Source: Lingula anatina
Lineage: Eukaryota; Animalia; Brachiopoda
Assembly (NCBI GenBank): GCA_051362555.1
Contig: CM120640.1
Span: 69,666,788 to 69,730,787 of the forward strand
Reading direction: 5' to 3'
Length of the DNA: 64,000 nucleotides
In this document: positions 25,017-37,400 of the stretch, piece by piece
How the letters are laid out: each line of letters starts with the position of its first letter
Position numbering within the stretch: position 1 is the stretch's first letter
Notes under the pieces: generated by a model
Seen by the model: only the letters and a program-made list of their open reading frames with translations
Told to the model about the DNA's origin: nothing
Database searches by the model: none
Position numbers and translations under genes: made by a program

Positions 25017-25537
25017 TGAACAATTTTTACTCTTAGTATGAACAGGCTAGGCTACTTTTCCTCCACCGACTCATTAAAAATAACAGGAACAAATAGCACA
25101 ATCTGCACCGGTTGATAACACAGTGCTAAAACACGGTCATACACGCACTACAGAGCAACACAAGTACAGGTCAGTCATGATCAGTTTACTCAAGAGATTA
25201 GTTAGGATTCCAAGGCTTGGTTCCACGCACGTCCCGATGTTTGCGAAGGAATGCACACGCAAAAAAGCCAAATAAAGCAGAAAAGGGGCAGAATAAACAT
25301 ACACTTTTGCCCCACTTATAATTGCCAATTTACTGAAAAAAAACTCCCAGTTTAGAGATGAATAACTATAAATCGCGTTGAGAAAGGTAAGAACGGTCTA
25401 GGACCACGTAGGACCATCGATTTTTCCTTTCCCTCTTGACAACCCAAATCTCGTGAACAATACGAGACATTACGAGACTGTAAACCTAAACACAAGTGCA
25501 ACACTCACTCAATAATTCTCTCAAAATATTATGCACA

Positions 25538-25629
25538 ATGTTTGATGTGGCTTCGTCAAAGGCTGGAGCCCAGGTGGTTCTGGCAACATCAGCAGACGAG
25601 GAATATCCCCCTGAAAATATCATAGACGG
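25538..25629 (+). CDS. IFT25: Intraflagellar transport protein 25 (HSPB11), exon 1
   Basis: MFDVASSKAGAQVVLATSADEEYPPENIIDG, phase-2 donor gg|gtaaga; matches the IFT25 N-terminus (LATS.D..HPPENIIDG). Confidence 0.93.
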
Positions 25630-26091
25630 GTAAGATTCTTCATGCTGGTTAAATTAAACTGGTCCCCGATATTTCATGATGATATTTAGTCGAAAGTTGA
25701 ACTTGGAAGTTGAAGCAAATATTCTCTAGAGTTTATATCCCTTCTGAACTCATAGGTTTTGATGGGCTCCAATCTTCCTGCTTTATATATCTGATTGGGT
25801 TGGAGGTGGGGTCACACTGATAACTAACCAGAGGATATCAAAGTAGTAGAAATACATTAATATTATATTAGAATGGACCTATTCATGTTGTAAATGTACT
25901 GAGGACGCCCTGCCGACTGAATTCACTTTAATGGTTTTATATGTATTTTGTATTACAAGGTCATACTTTCTGCTTTCTGCACATGTACGTAGAGGATATT
26001 TGGGGGTATGTAATTAAATGATATAATGTAATTCATCAACAATTTTTAAATAATTTAAAAAATACTTAAGCATTTGGTTTATCTTTTTCAG

Positions 26092-26198
26092 GAGTCAAGA
26101 CACTTTTTGGGTGACAACTGGACTGTATCCCCAAGAATTTGTTATCACATTTCAAGCACTAATGAATATCAACACTGTCAGGATTCAAAGTTTTAATG
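26092..26198 (+). CDS. IFT25: IFT25 exon 2
   Basis: tttttcag| SQDTFWVTTGLYPQEFVITFQALMNINTVRIQSFN |gtaagt; the TFW.TTG.FPQEF motif is characteristic of IFT25. Confidence 0.95.
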
Positions 26199-26682
26199 GT
26201 AAGTGCCCAGGTAAAACAGATTTTGAATAAACCATATTAGTATCTCTTGAAGTATAGTTATAATTTATCATTTGTGTTGTCTTTTATCACCTGTTTTGTT
26301 TATTTATTTTATTATTATTATCAAATTTGTATCCCAAGGGTTGGATAAATACATTCTTTGAATCATAGTTTAATAAAACCACTAGTGAATAAGAATAAAG
26401 GAATATCCGAATATTAAAAGACATATGTGAAAAAATTTAAAACAAATAACTAAAATGCAAAGTTAAAAATGAAATAAAAGTCTGTTAGTCAACTACTGAA
26501 CTTGCATATTGCACTGGTTAAAAATTCACTCATTGATAGTTTGGTTTAAATTTTAGGTCTTTTGAATATCTACTGTCCCCTTTATGATATTCGATGTTTT
26601 TGCTTGTAAAAGATAATGCAATCTGTGATCCGATCCATTGTGTAGTAATCGAGTATGCAGAAATCACATTTTATATTTTCAG

Positions 26683-26751
26683 TTAGGAAAATTACAGTGG
26701 GAAGGAGTGTGTCAAATGAACCCACAGAATTTGAATTGCTTCGGGAAAAAG
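26683..26751 (+). CDS. IFT25: IFT25 exon 3
   Basis: ttttcag| VRKITVGRSVSNEPTEFELLREK |gtaaga, phase 1/1. Confidence 0.92.
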
Positions 26752-26939
26752 GTAAGAAACATTTTGTCTGCTATCTATTTTTTACTTTATTTGTACATAC
26801 AAAAATGATGCACTTAAGGGAATACAGAATTGATATATGCCACAGTTAGCAAAGGTTGATCAGAGAAAGAGAGAGTTGTTGAAAACAAATAGCATTATCC
26901 ATGGTGTTTTCTTATGACTCTGTCATAGCACACAAAGCG

Positions 26940-27161
26940 TGCTTTCCCAGAGATTTAGATCGATCTAGATATTAAGATTTAGATCGACCTAACTCCATGG
27001 GGGTTCACGCTAAATTGCAGTCAGCCAAGCGGGCACCATAGTTAATTACCCCCTTTCAGCTTTTAGTAGGCGGGACAGACGCTTAAGCCGGCCAAGCTGA
27101 CAGTAATCTAGTGAGACTCCCCACAGGGATAGATCGATCTAAACATCTATGGAAATGGGGT
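26940..27161. mobile_element. MITE, inverted copy of 24429-24640, in IFT25 intron 3
   Basis: Interior is the reverse complement of 24450-24610 (gtctcactagattact / agtaatctagtgagac; gcgtgaacccc / ggggttcacgc). Confidence 0.7.
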
Positions 27162-28640
27162 GAAAGAGTAGTATGCTGTGTTGTTAACTGGTTGCTACCT
27201 CATTAGATATTTAATTAGAGGCCCAAATCCATTACCATGGCAACTTTGATAACCAAGGTCTTCACTTCTGAAATTAAACAAGAGCTTTGTTATGTACAGA
27301 AGTGGATCAAATGATGATGATCTGTATAGATATATACATTATATTACTTTTTAACCTCACTTCATGAAGTGTAGCAAGATGTAAACTTAAAGAAATTTGC
27401 TGTCCACCTTCTCATATACCTATTGATTATTAATTATTGATATGAAATATAACTGCGTCCTTTTCTGCAGTTATCAGAGATGAGATTTTTCAGACTAATG
27501 GCAGATTTTTGACTTTTTGGAAGACGGTGGTGGTGTAACAGTAATGATATTTTTCTTACTAACAGCAGATTTCCAACTTTTTGGGTGGTAAAAAGTCTCA
27601 TGCATGATTTTTAGAAAGATTGGGATGTGAGGTGGAGGGGGATACTCCCTGCAAATTATAGGGTAAGAAATTAAAGGTTAAAATGAATGCATAGCATGAT
27701 GAGGAGAAAGTGATACTTTCAAATTAAAGAAAGTATTCCATATTTACTATTGTTTTAAAAGATCAGTGATCAGATGCAGTCTTAAAATGCTGGAGAAAAC
27801 TGAAAGCAAAAATAAATAATTCAATAAATAAGATAAAGTACAATATTAAATATAGAAATAAACAAAGAAAGATAAGATAAAAAATTGCCCTGTATTTGTT
27901 AACTGTGTTTGTTAACAGTGAATCTTATGTTTTTGTATTTAGTTTAGAAATTTATCATAAGTTGGCTATTTCTTATATGGAAAGAAATGCAAGAAAAGTG
28001 TTGTCTCATTAGCTCAATCTAATCTCAGTTTTAGATTTCCAGTCTTGATGACTGTGTTCTTCATATGTGATCCATGAGTCAATCTGTTAGGAAGTAATTG
28101 TTTTCCTTTTTTGTCTCTCTCATCTAAAGGTCTTTTCTCACAACTATGAAACCTTCATATCTTCCTCTGGCTTCCGAGAATTTTTATAGTCATTATCTCA
28201 CATGATAGGTTAATCCATCTGTGCCTCCCCCCTCCTTCTTGAAAAATTATAGATATCCCATGATTATTACCTTACAATTCTTATCATGTTAAAATAGCTC
28301 TTAGAAAAGCTGCCCCCCTTCCAATTCAAACCTTTCCTGTTATCTTGAACACGAGAAACTTACAAACATTACTGAAGGTTTAACACTGGGATTTATCAGC
28401 TTTGTGTATTTTGGATGTTCCTTGAGATTTTTGTGCAATCAGTACTAGTTAGAACATACAAAGTTGGCCCCCATTGTAGGTTAAATTGTTAATACATATT
28501 GGCCACTAATGAATTTGCTAACATATCCTTAGGATTATTAGAAGTTCCTGCTAGTCATTAGTGTAGATAGAACACTGATATATATATTCTTGTCGGTTTG
28601 AAAAATTTCCATTACAGGTGTAATGATGAAGCTTGTTGTC

Positions 28641-29021
28641 TTAGGGTGTGTTCACAATGAAGCTATTGTACTAGCTAGTGTGTATTAATTCCATGGAGAC
28701 TCTTGCTGAATGCAATTACATTAACAGGCATTGAGTATAATTGAGTAAAATTCAGAAAAGCTGGGGATTGTACGAGTACATTGAAAATTAGAGGAGGCAT
28801 GTTTATCTGTTAATCTGGGCCCCGTAACGCGAAAGCATTGAGTGTTGCGAATAGCAATATCACATAGAGGCTACAGTGTATTATATGGGGCAGGTATGGT
28901 TACAGAATAAAGACGCTTGCGCTCGGTCGCAATGCGGGTTGCTTTCGAGTTACGGGACCCTGATTGCATTCAGTTAGTGTGCACTAGCTAGTGTGAAATA
29001 TTCATAGTTAATGTACCCTTA
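28641..29021. mobile_element. Old MITE with a second MITE nested (~28815-28962)
   Basis: Outer imperfect arms agggtgtgttcac..tactagctagtg / cactagctagt...atgtaccct; inner TIR gggcccgtaacgcgaaagca / tgctttcgagttacgggaccc. Confidence 0.55.
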
Positions 29022-29055
29022 GAGGCTGATAATGATTAAACTGTTGGTATTTCAG

Positions 29056-29210
29056 ATGTAGAGTCGACAGATGGGCAGTTACAAGAAGAAGAGATTCATT
29101 GTGGGGGTAACCTCACAGCCCAGCACCTCAAGTTTACCATACAGTCTGGCTACGACCACTTTGCTACAATACATCAGGTGCATGTGGATGGAAATGCTGT
29201 CCATAGTTAA
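29056..29210 (+). CDS. IFT25: IFT25 exon 4
   Basis: atttcag| DVESTDGQLQEEEIHCGGNLTAQHLKFTIQSGYDHFATIHQVHVDGNAVHS*. The four exons total 423 nt = 140 aa + stop, in frame. Confidence 0.95.
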
Positions 29211-29428
29211 CAACAGCAGTACCAGTACAACACACTAACTTCAGTTCACGGCTAACAACAACAGTAATAATACAGCACATCAACTTCAAGAACAAAATGG
29301 CATTTTAGTTTCTGCACTTTTGCAAGGAAAAAGAGAGAAAGAGAGAGAGAGAACATCAGGTTGTTTTGACTGTAAAAACAAACAAAAAACATTATCCAGA
29401 ATTAAAACACTACTACTTCAAGTTGTTA

Positions 29429-29603
29429 GGCCGCATTCAGAACAGTGGACTAACTATTCTGTGGTTCAAATATGGCGACCCACTAAAAAGCTTGCCGACT
29501 AATCCGCTAATAGACACTGAATAGATTCCCCATGGGGAAGTATTCAAGTGGGTCATCCATATTTGACCCGTGGACTTGTTAGTCCACTGTTCTGAATGCG
29601 ACC
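29429..29603. mobile_element. Harbinger-like MITE in the probable IFT25 3' UTR
   Basis: TIR ggccgcattcagaacagtggactaac / gttagtccactgttctgaatgcgacc, TTA on both sides. Confidence 0.8.
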
Positions 29604-30135
29604 TTAAATACATGTAGATGTCTAATTTTGCAGTAACTGCTGCATAGTTGAGTGTGTGCTTGTTTGATGTGAATCTCTTCGTAGCAAGCAAATGTCCGTC
29701 CTATTTTATGCCAATGGTAAATGATTGCATTTCACCAGGGTTATGTAGCACTCATAGAAAAATGTGAGAAATCTTTTTTTAATGAATTGTGACATAAAAT
29801 AATATGTTTCAGGACTTTTCATGAAAATGTGAACCTTTTTACCCCATTAGTTGACTCTACTTGATTATTGGATCTTTATCAAATTTCTATTCAGAGCAGA
29901 CCTTTCCTGGTCAAAATTTCAAACCCCCCCCCCCCTCCCCCCCAAAGAAGCATCGCCTGCGTACGGGCCTGTGTTTTATGTTAGATATGTATACATACAG
30001 GATGTATAACTTATTGGGTCCACATAGTACACCATACTTGTTAGAAAGAATGTCTACCGCTGAGGTTTCGACATTTTATGTTTGAGTGATCAGTATCAAA
30101 CTATTCAGTGATACATTCCATGCATTGCTTAGTGT

Positions 30136-30145
30136 AATAAATAAA
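30136..30145 (+). terminator. Candidate IFT25 polyadenylation signal
   Basis: Overlapping AATAAATAAA followed by T/GT-rich sequence; another AATAAA at ~30202. Confidence 0.45.
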
Positions 30146-32066
30146 ATGTTTTCGTTGGAATTTTTGGTTGGAACACTATTGTCAGAATTGTTTTTATTTG
30201 TAATAAAACTTTCAGATATTTAAAACATTTTATGTTGAACTCTTTCATATCTAAAAGAAATATTACTCAGAATCTCAGTGCAGCACTTACAGTGCACATT
30301 GGAATAGAATTTTATGACAATAACCTGAGCTCCGTCAACAAGGAAGCTAAATGGAACACACCGTACGTAGTGGTGAGTACTGCATAGATATTCTGTGATT
30401 TTTGAAGACGAGAAGACGACGGAATTCCAAAACGTCAATAGAGACTCACCTCCCTACCGGCGTAACAAAAACTCTGTAAAGGGGGAAGTGAAAGATGTAT
30501 TCAATTTAACAAATTCTGATTTCTCTTTTCTCTTATTCAGAACTGTGCCTTTAATTGTTTCACCCACGGCTTTACCTGTACTTACTAATTGGAAAGAATT
30601 CAAAAGGCGTTTGGTTGCTACACTCATGGCATTTTTTTTTTTTGCAACTGTTACGCTCGAAACGCATTTTAAGATGATTGTCAGTATTCTTCTATCCATA
30701 TACTTCTACATTCGCTACTGTATTTTATCAATGTACGCCCAATCAAAATTATTTGCAATTTTTCGCACCAGTTCAAATACGTCAAATATAAGAATTGATT
30801 AGGATCTTATGAAATAAGATTTTCATGACCTCTCGATAGAAATATAAAACCAAGTTATTCTTTACTTAGAGACTAAAACAAAAGAGCCATAGATTATGTT
30901 TCGTTTTTTCATCAAGAAGGTAGGTCAGGTTCGCAAAGGCTATTGGTAATGGCCAAAAGTTCTCGGCAAAGCTTGCAGTTTTGAGTTGTAGGAAAATTTT
31001 AATATTTAACAATAATAATATTTAATATTTATAATTTTAACCTTCATGAGACCTGCCAACGTTTTGTGTAGTTTTGAACCTTTACTTTGTACTATAATTT
31101 GCTGGCTTGAACAGAGTTAGATAATGAAAAGACACTGGAGTTACCGTCTGCATCCATTAAATAAGATGATAACTGAGTTACATATGTATCATCACATGCC
31201 GTTGAAAGACATGGCAAAAAGACAGTATGGAACGCAAAATGTATGGTTTTAATTTTACGAAGTTTTTTGACTCCTTTGTCTGTGTTTATATGAAATAGGC
31301 GGTGAAAAATGGAATAGAGGATGACAATCATTATGTTATAGGAAATAGGATATGATGCAGAAGATTTACACATTTGTCAGAGTTTCAGGAAACTACTTGC
31401 GAATATTCAAACCTGTGCACGCTCTTAACTAATTGCATGTGGCCCTTAATTGGATGTAGGCATAGTAACTAAGTCAGAATTGACGAAAATAGAAAATTCG
31501 CTTGTACTTCTTCATTAAAACTTTTCCTGATGCATCATTTCGCCTCGAGGAACCAAGACTATGGAGCCGTCGCGGGAAGATCCATTCAGCAATTGGCGCA
31601 ATCCTGCCAGATGTGGATACCCCAAAGTAAGTACAGTTGTACAGGTCAACTGAATTTGTGGAAAATATTGTAGCAAGACGACACATAGGTAGCTAAAGGT
31701 ACTGCCAAAACCTGAAAGAAATAGTGGTTTAGGTCTTTATTTATTCTGATTGTTTTCCTGGCAACGTTATATTTTAACAGAAACGTGCCCCATGCAGTAA
31801 TTAGTTATTTGTCGTTTGCATAAATTGACCACTACCTTTTGTACAAAGTTTAATGGAATAGTCAACCCTCAACACATCTAGTTCACGACTATACGGGTTA
31901 TACCCGCCAAGTTGAATTTTTCCTTGTGATCGAGGAAAAAGCTATTTTTTTCTACTCACGAAACATAGCTCGATCCGTCCATGCACGTGGGTTCGATGTG
32001 TTATTCCATTATTCATGTATTTTATAACATTTCAGAAGGAACTGACGAAGTAGGGTACTTTTATTT

Positions 32067-32069
<3 letters not shown>

Positions 32070-32114
<45 letters not shown>
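32070..32114. repeat. Poly(T) tract
   Basis: About 45 consecutive T. Confidence 0.95.
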
Positions 32115-32116
<2 letters not shown>

Positions 32117-32240
32117 TTTTTTTGGAATAGTTTTTAAGGTCTGGATTGGAAAAGATAAATAACTTTGTAAGATATGTAGACAAAGGGTGTTGGAAAATTT
32201 TCAAACGCGTACAGTATGCCGTATAACGTGAAGTAGGATT

Positions 32241-32371
32241 ACCCCTACCAGGGTGGCAGATTATATAGGGAAAAAAAAAAAGAAAACCCAGACAAAAATG
32301 ACTGTCTATTTATCTGGAGACATATCTGTGAATATCTGTGAAAAATCAATCTGTCGCCCTGGTAGAGGGTA
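32241..32371. mobile_element. Degenerate copy of the taccctctaccagggcga MITE
   Basis: Right arm gagacatatctgtgaatatctgtg...tcgccctggtagagggta is intact; left arm is decayed. Confidence 0.65.
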
Positions 32372-33906
32372 AAGTAGGAGAAAAAAAATGTTTTTTTATG
32401 TGGTCTGATAAAGGTTGGCATAATGAAAAAGCATGAAAAATAAGCCTGAACTAAGGTTTTCTCGTCTGACCTCCGAATACGATCAAGTTCACCTTTATTT
32501 GCCGTCTTATAGTTGAATGTATACGAGAGTGGTGAACATTCAGTATTCAATTAACCTAGTCCAGCCCCCCAAAATAGAGAGTCTGTGTAAAAGTAAAAAT
32601 GAGAAATTTAAAACTCGAAAACGGGTTGAAATATCGTAATTTTCTCACCGGGCTTTGAAAGGATATACCTTGGCGATAAGAAGATAACTGCTAACTTTCA
32701 GGAAAATTCGGATTTTGATACATAAAGTTCCACAGTATTGCATGATTTCAAAGCATTTCTTTATCTTTCTTTGTTTAAATAAAATAAAGTTTTGTGAAAT
32801 CCCCCTCCTTGCCAATGATAATGAACAATATTTCCCATGTGCATTTAAAGAGCAGTTTCGTGACACGCAGTTTACTTTTCAGTCACAAAGAAGGCTTGTG
32901 TCAATGTCACTCGCTCTTGAATTTCTAAGAGAAGAAACTGAGCCACCAATCACACCACATCCACCAATGCAGTAAGTATGCCACAATGTGTTATCACATC
33001 TAGCACAATCAGGATATGCTGGCGAACAAGAGCTACCTGAACACACCCCTCCCCTCATTTTTGTCATTGTGTTTAATTATTTTTACATCACATTTATTAG
33101 TCTGGTGGACGAAAAAGACATCAGGTTAAGTAAAATACCCCCCTCTTTCAGTCACAAATTGCATATCACAACAATGAGTCCAAACCATGCCTTGAATTGG
33201 CTCGGGGAGACAGGTGCTTCATTGGCTGAAATCTCTCTCGGAGTCTTTTATCTGTAGTTCCGTAGGCAGGGGGTGAGGTGAAAAAATAGCTCTTTTGGCT
33301 GGAAAGGGTCTTCTTTGAAGCAAAATTTGGTCTACTGGTCAATTCTCTAGTTGAATCAACTAACTTTTTGAGAAAGAGACCCCCCCCCCCTTTGAAACAG
33401 CTGTAAACAGTGTTATTTTGGCTGACCCTATGTGGCCTGGGGACTCGTTCCTGAAAATTTTGTCTAGTCACTTATCAACCTCTGGGTACGAGACTGTAGG
33501 CCTACATATGCCCTGCACCTTTGTCGCATTTGCACGTAAACACACGCGCACTCTGTCATGCCTTAAGCTGTGATGTTTACAATTAAAAGATCAAGCACCT
33601 TTCTTAGATGTTCTGATTTTATCAACACGGATGGGAAGACTAGTACAGATCGATTCAGTATTACAGAGCCAAACTGTTAGATGTTTATGTGCAGAGCTGT
33701 AGATGTGCATGAAAAGAAATTCACCCGAATGCATCCAGATAGATAGGCCTACATGACATACATTTATGTACTAGTAGGCTACATGTACCTACTGTCGCAA
33801 TGCTCAACACTTTATTTCGCAAAATTCACGACGAGATAAATGTGTTAATATTATACATGTACCTCGATGTTGTGTTTCAGTCCACTTTGTTGTTTTCATG
33901 TCAAAT

Positions 33907-33945
<39 letters not shown>

Positions 33946-34184
33946 TTTTTTGCTTCAATTTCTGTCTGCATGTGGAGGAGTTCGGGTATCAAATATTAAT
34001 TAAGCTATCCTTATCCTTATCAAGGTTATTTATACATGTTACCGCCGGTATGATGAAACATGCAGGAAATCTTGAGATCACTCGTTTGTCAATCCAGATT
34101 ATTTTCCTTTTTTCTTATTCAACAAAATGGTAGGCCTATTTATCTAAAGTTAACTCGTGATAACTTAGAATGCTATCACGAAAA

Positions 34185-34415
34185 AGGCGCCCAATTTCCT
34201 ATTGGTGATCTTGAAAACGTTGCTCTTGACAACGGCGCCATCTTGTACCATATTTGGCTACCCCCAGCAGGTGCGCCATTTGTACACATGACCGAAGTAG
34301 GCGCATGAAACAGCGGATTCTTCTCTTAATCTGAGAATTTTTAGGGTTGACAGTTTTCAAAGAAACTTAATATGAGACGACTTCAGCTGGGCTGATACCA
34401 AATATTTCGGTAGGT
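34185..34415 (+). promoter_or_regulatory. Candidate GLIS promoter / non-coding first exon
   Basis: Local GC/CpG rise with CCAAT and ATTGG boxes, YY1-like GCCATCTT and GCCATTT, followed by donor-like cg|gtaggt (34410). Confidence 0.35.
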
Positions 34416-37400
34416 ATGAAATTTTTGTTGTAAGCCTTGTAAACTTTGGAGAAATGTTGAAGGAAGTCATTAACTTCGGAAGTTTGTAAACTTTGCGTCA
34501 TTGCGATGTCGTTATAGCCACTATCAGCATCTGTCGATATCAGTTTTAGAGGTTATGACATAACTAATTTTACAATATGGGGGTGAATGGAGTGTGTTGT
34601 CGCCTTTGTCTTCGTGCATGTCCTGCACAAACATGTTGAAGGGGAAACCACGGAACCTTCCTTTGCTTAGAAATACCAGCACAGACTGTACCTGCTGTTC
34701 CCGAGCTAGTATTACCCGTGTCCTCGGCTTACCTAGAGAGGCTAGGGGCAGAACTCGCGTACTAGATTTACCCTGCTCCCATTCTGAGGAAAAGGGGAGA
34801 AAACGCCTCTTCTTTGTTTATTTAAAAAGAAAGGAAAATTTATCATGAACTTTGAGGCAAAGATGTAAATGTTTGGATCTGGTATATTGTGTCTTATGGA
34901 ATCTACGTACTGTCGGAATGTGTACGTTACCATCCCGAGTTGAGACCAATTCGAGACAAGGCATTTGAACTATGCAGTCCCTGCTCTGGGAACTGGGTAT
35001 ATCTAGTAGCTCATTTACCCATACAGACTGTGGTTGTGGTCATCTGTTAAAATTTTTCCCTAAAAAATTCAGCTTTGCTGGTTTAAAAGTAACATAGTTC
35101 TGCATATAATTGTTTACAGCCCCCCCCCCCCAAAAAAAAAAGGCCTAGAATTAAACTTAGAAAACATGTTCAATGATATCTTCATGTCTGATTGGAAAAA
35201 AAAAAATAGATTAAATGTAAATTTATGACATCCTTTGATGATGAAATAGGATAACCAGCTCTTGTATTTAAATTTAAAGAAGATATCAAGTATGACTAAT
35301 CATCTTACTACACGTAGTATTTTGGATATAAGAGGAAATTGTGCCCGTTCAAGTCTCATCTCCATTATCGTCTACCTACTAGTTAACTATGTCAAAGAAA
35401 ATGATTTTCCCTTAGATATAGTATTAGATAAGTAGAAAAAGTTAATTTCCAGTGCCTGCCAGAAAATTACACAAACAAATTAATAATGCTGTTATTGCAG
35501 AAAAGGATGGAGTTTTAAAGTAACACTTAAGTCTGATATGACAGCTAAAACCTATTAGTGAAAGTCCAAAATGCCTTAAACATAAGCAGTTTCCATCATT
35601 TGTAAGTTCCAGTGCACGGTTTTGTTTGAAATATAATACCAATTCAAAGTAATCAGATATTTTTAAAAATATTTTTTTGGCTTATTTGTTTCACTGGTTT
35701 TATTTTTGTTTATTAAGTACTCTGACTTTAACTATTAGGATCAAATTGCCATCCATGTGTTTAAATTGTATTGCAGCATTTCTATCAGTTGTTACATTTG
35801 TAAAATTTAATTTTTGCAAATTGTCCTTTTGTTATTAAAAATTTAACTTATTTTTTATGGAATTAAAAATGCTTCAAGCATGGCCATGGGATATTACAAA
35901 ATTTCCAATCATGTATTTTAAGTCAAAAGTATATAGGAAAATTTTTTCAAGATTTGATTTTTTTATTGATTGCTCTTACATGACTTAGAAGTTCAAACTT
36001 CAAAGATTGTTTAAAAAAATTAAGTTTGAGATCATACAAGATGGCTCATTTTTTTGCATGAACAAAATATTCCAACCTAAAAATGTTTTTTGAAAAATTG
36101 AAGTTATAGATCAGACGAGAAAGCTCATAATGGCAAGGCACCGTATATTGTATATTGAAAATATGAGATAAGAATGTGTTTAGGTGCATTATTTTTGAAC
36201 GAATAAGGTAAAAGTGACATACAGAATTAGGGGGAAAGGATTGAGAGCACAATCAAAATATGTTTCTTGTATTTTGTGCCAGTAACTGACCCCTTGTAGC
36301 TTAAATAATCTTCATTTAAATTCATGAAAATACCTTTTGTGCAAATATTTGCCAAACCTGAAGTGCATTGTGGTCACTAGTAGGATCCTAAGTTGTCATG
36401 GAGTAGTGCTTGAAAATGAAATTTTAGGGTTGCTACTTTATGTCACAAAGTAAAGACAAATTGTTATAGAAGAGGACATTTGTGCTAGGAAAAAAAGGGG
36501 GGAAATATTAGAAATTGTTTATTTTATGGAAGTTTTGAGTGGGAAAATCACCTCCTCCCACCTGTTTCACATAAAATAAGGGACCACAATGAGCACTCAA
36601 CTTCCAGGTAACCCATCACGGAGTAATGTTTTTTAGGCACTTACAGTTTCTTTGTAGAAATATTTTTAAAATTGTGCCAGTCTTGGTTAAGATGTATAGA
36701 TATTGGTGTCATTTGCCTGCTGCTACTGATGCTAGTTGATTGGTTCTAAAGCTGTCAGATAAATGGGTTTTGTGTGCACAAATCTGTGGGCCTGATAAGC
36801 AGATTCATGCTTTCTCTGCCGGTGGAAGTGGATGCAGGAATGCACATTTGATTTTATGGACTATGAACAGGGACATGTCAATAGTGGAAAGAAGCACTTA
36901 ATGGTCTATGAATAAGAATTGATTTATTGATGGGTCTCAATTTGTTGCAGGTCCCCTGTTTTGGAGATTGATTCACTTTGGGTCTGGGTTAGTAGTGGTG
37001 GCGGCTTGTTGCCGCTTCAGGAGTAAGATACCGCTGTGGATAGAGACATGAGTGTTTCTATTGAAAGACTCTGCCACTTGATCCCTGATGCCCTATCTCT
37101 TAAGCTGAGCCCAAGCATAGGGGGATACAATCCTTAGGCTACAGGCTTGATTAGAAACTGGTCCCCCTTTGCCCTACCCCAAATCATGTTTGATTGGCAC
37201 ATTCCTCCCTCCATTGCTTGCTCAGAGTAGAATGGCCGGGAAGATAAAGGGACTTCTTGTTTCATATTGTTTTGGATACAGAGGCCTCTTTGTGTATCAA
37301 TATTGGTTTTCAAAATGATTGATTTGATTTGATTTGATTTTTATTGTGCAGGATAACACTGTTTTTGATTTTGGTAGAATTGGTATACACAGAATACAAT

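Noticed and set aside
30395-30802. 135-aa ORF after IFT25
   Set aside because: Non-ATG start, no domain or convincing splice structure; probably repeat-derived.
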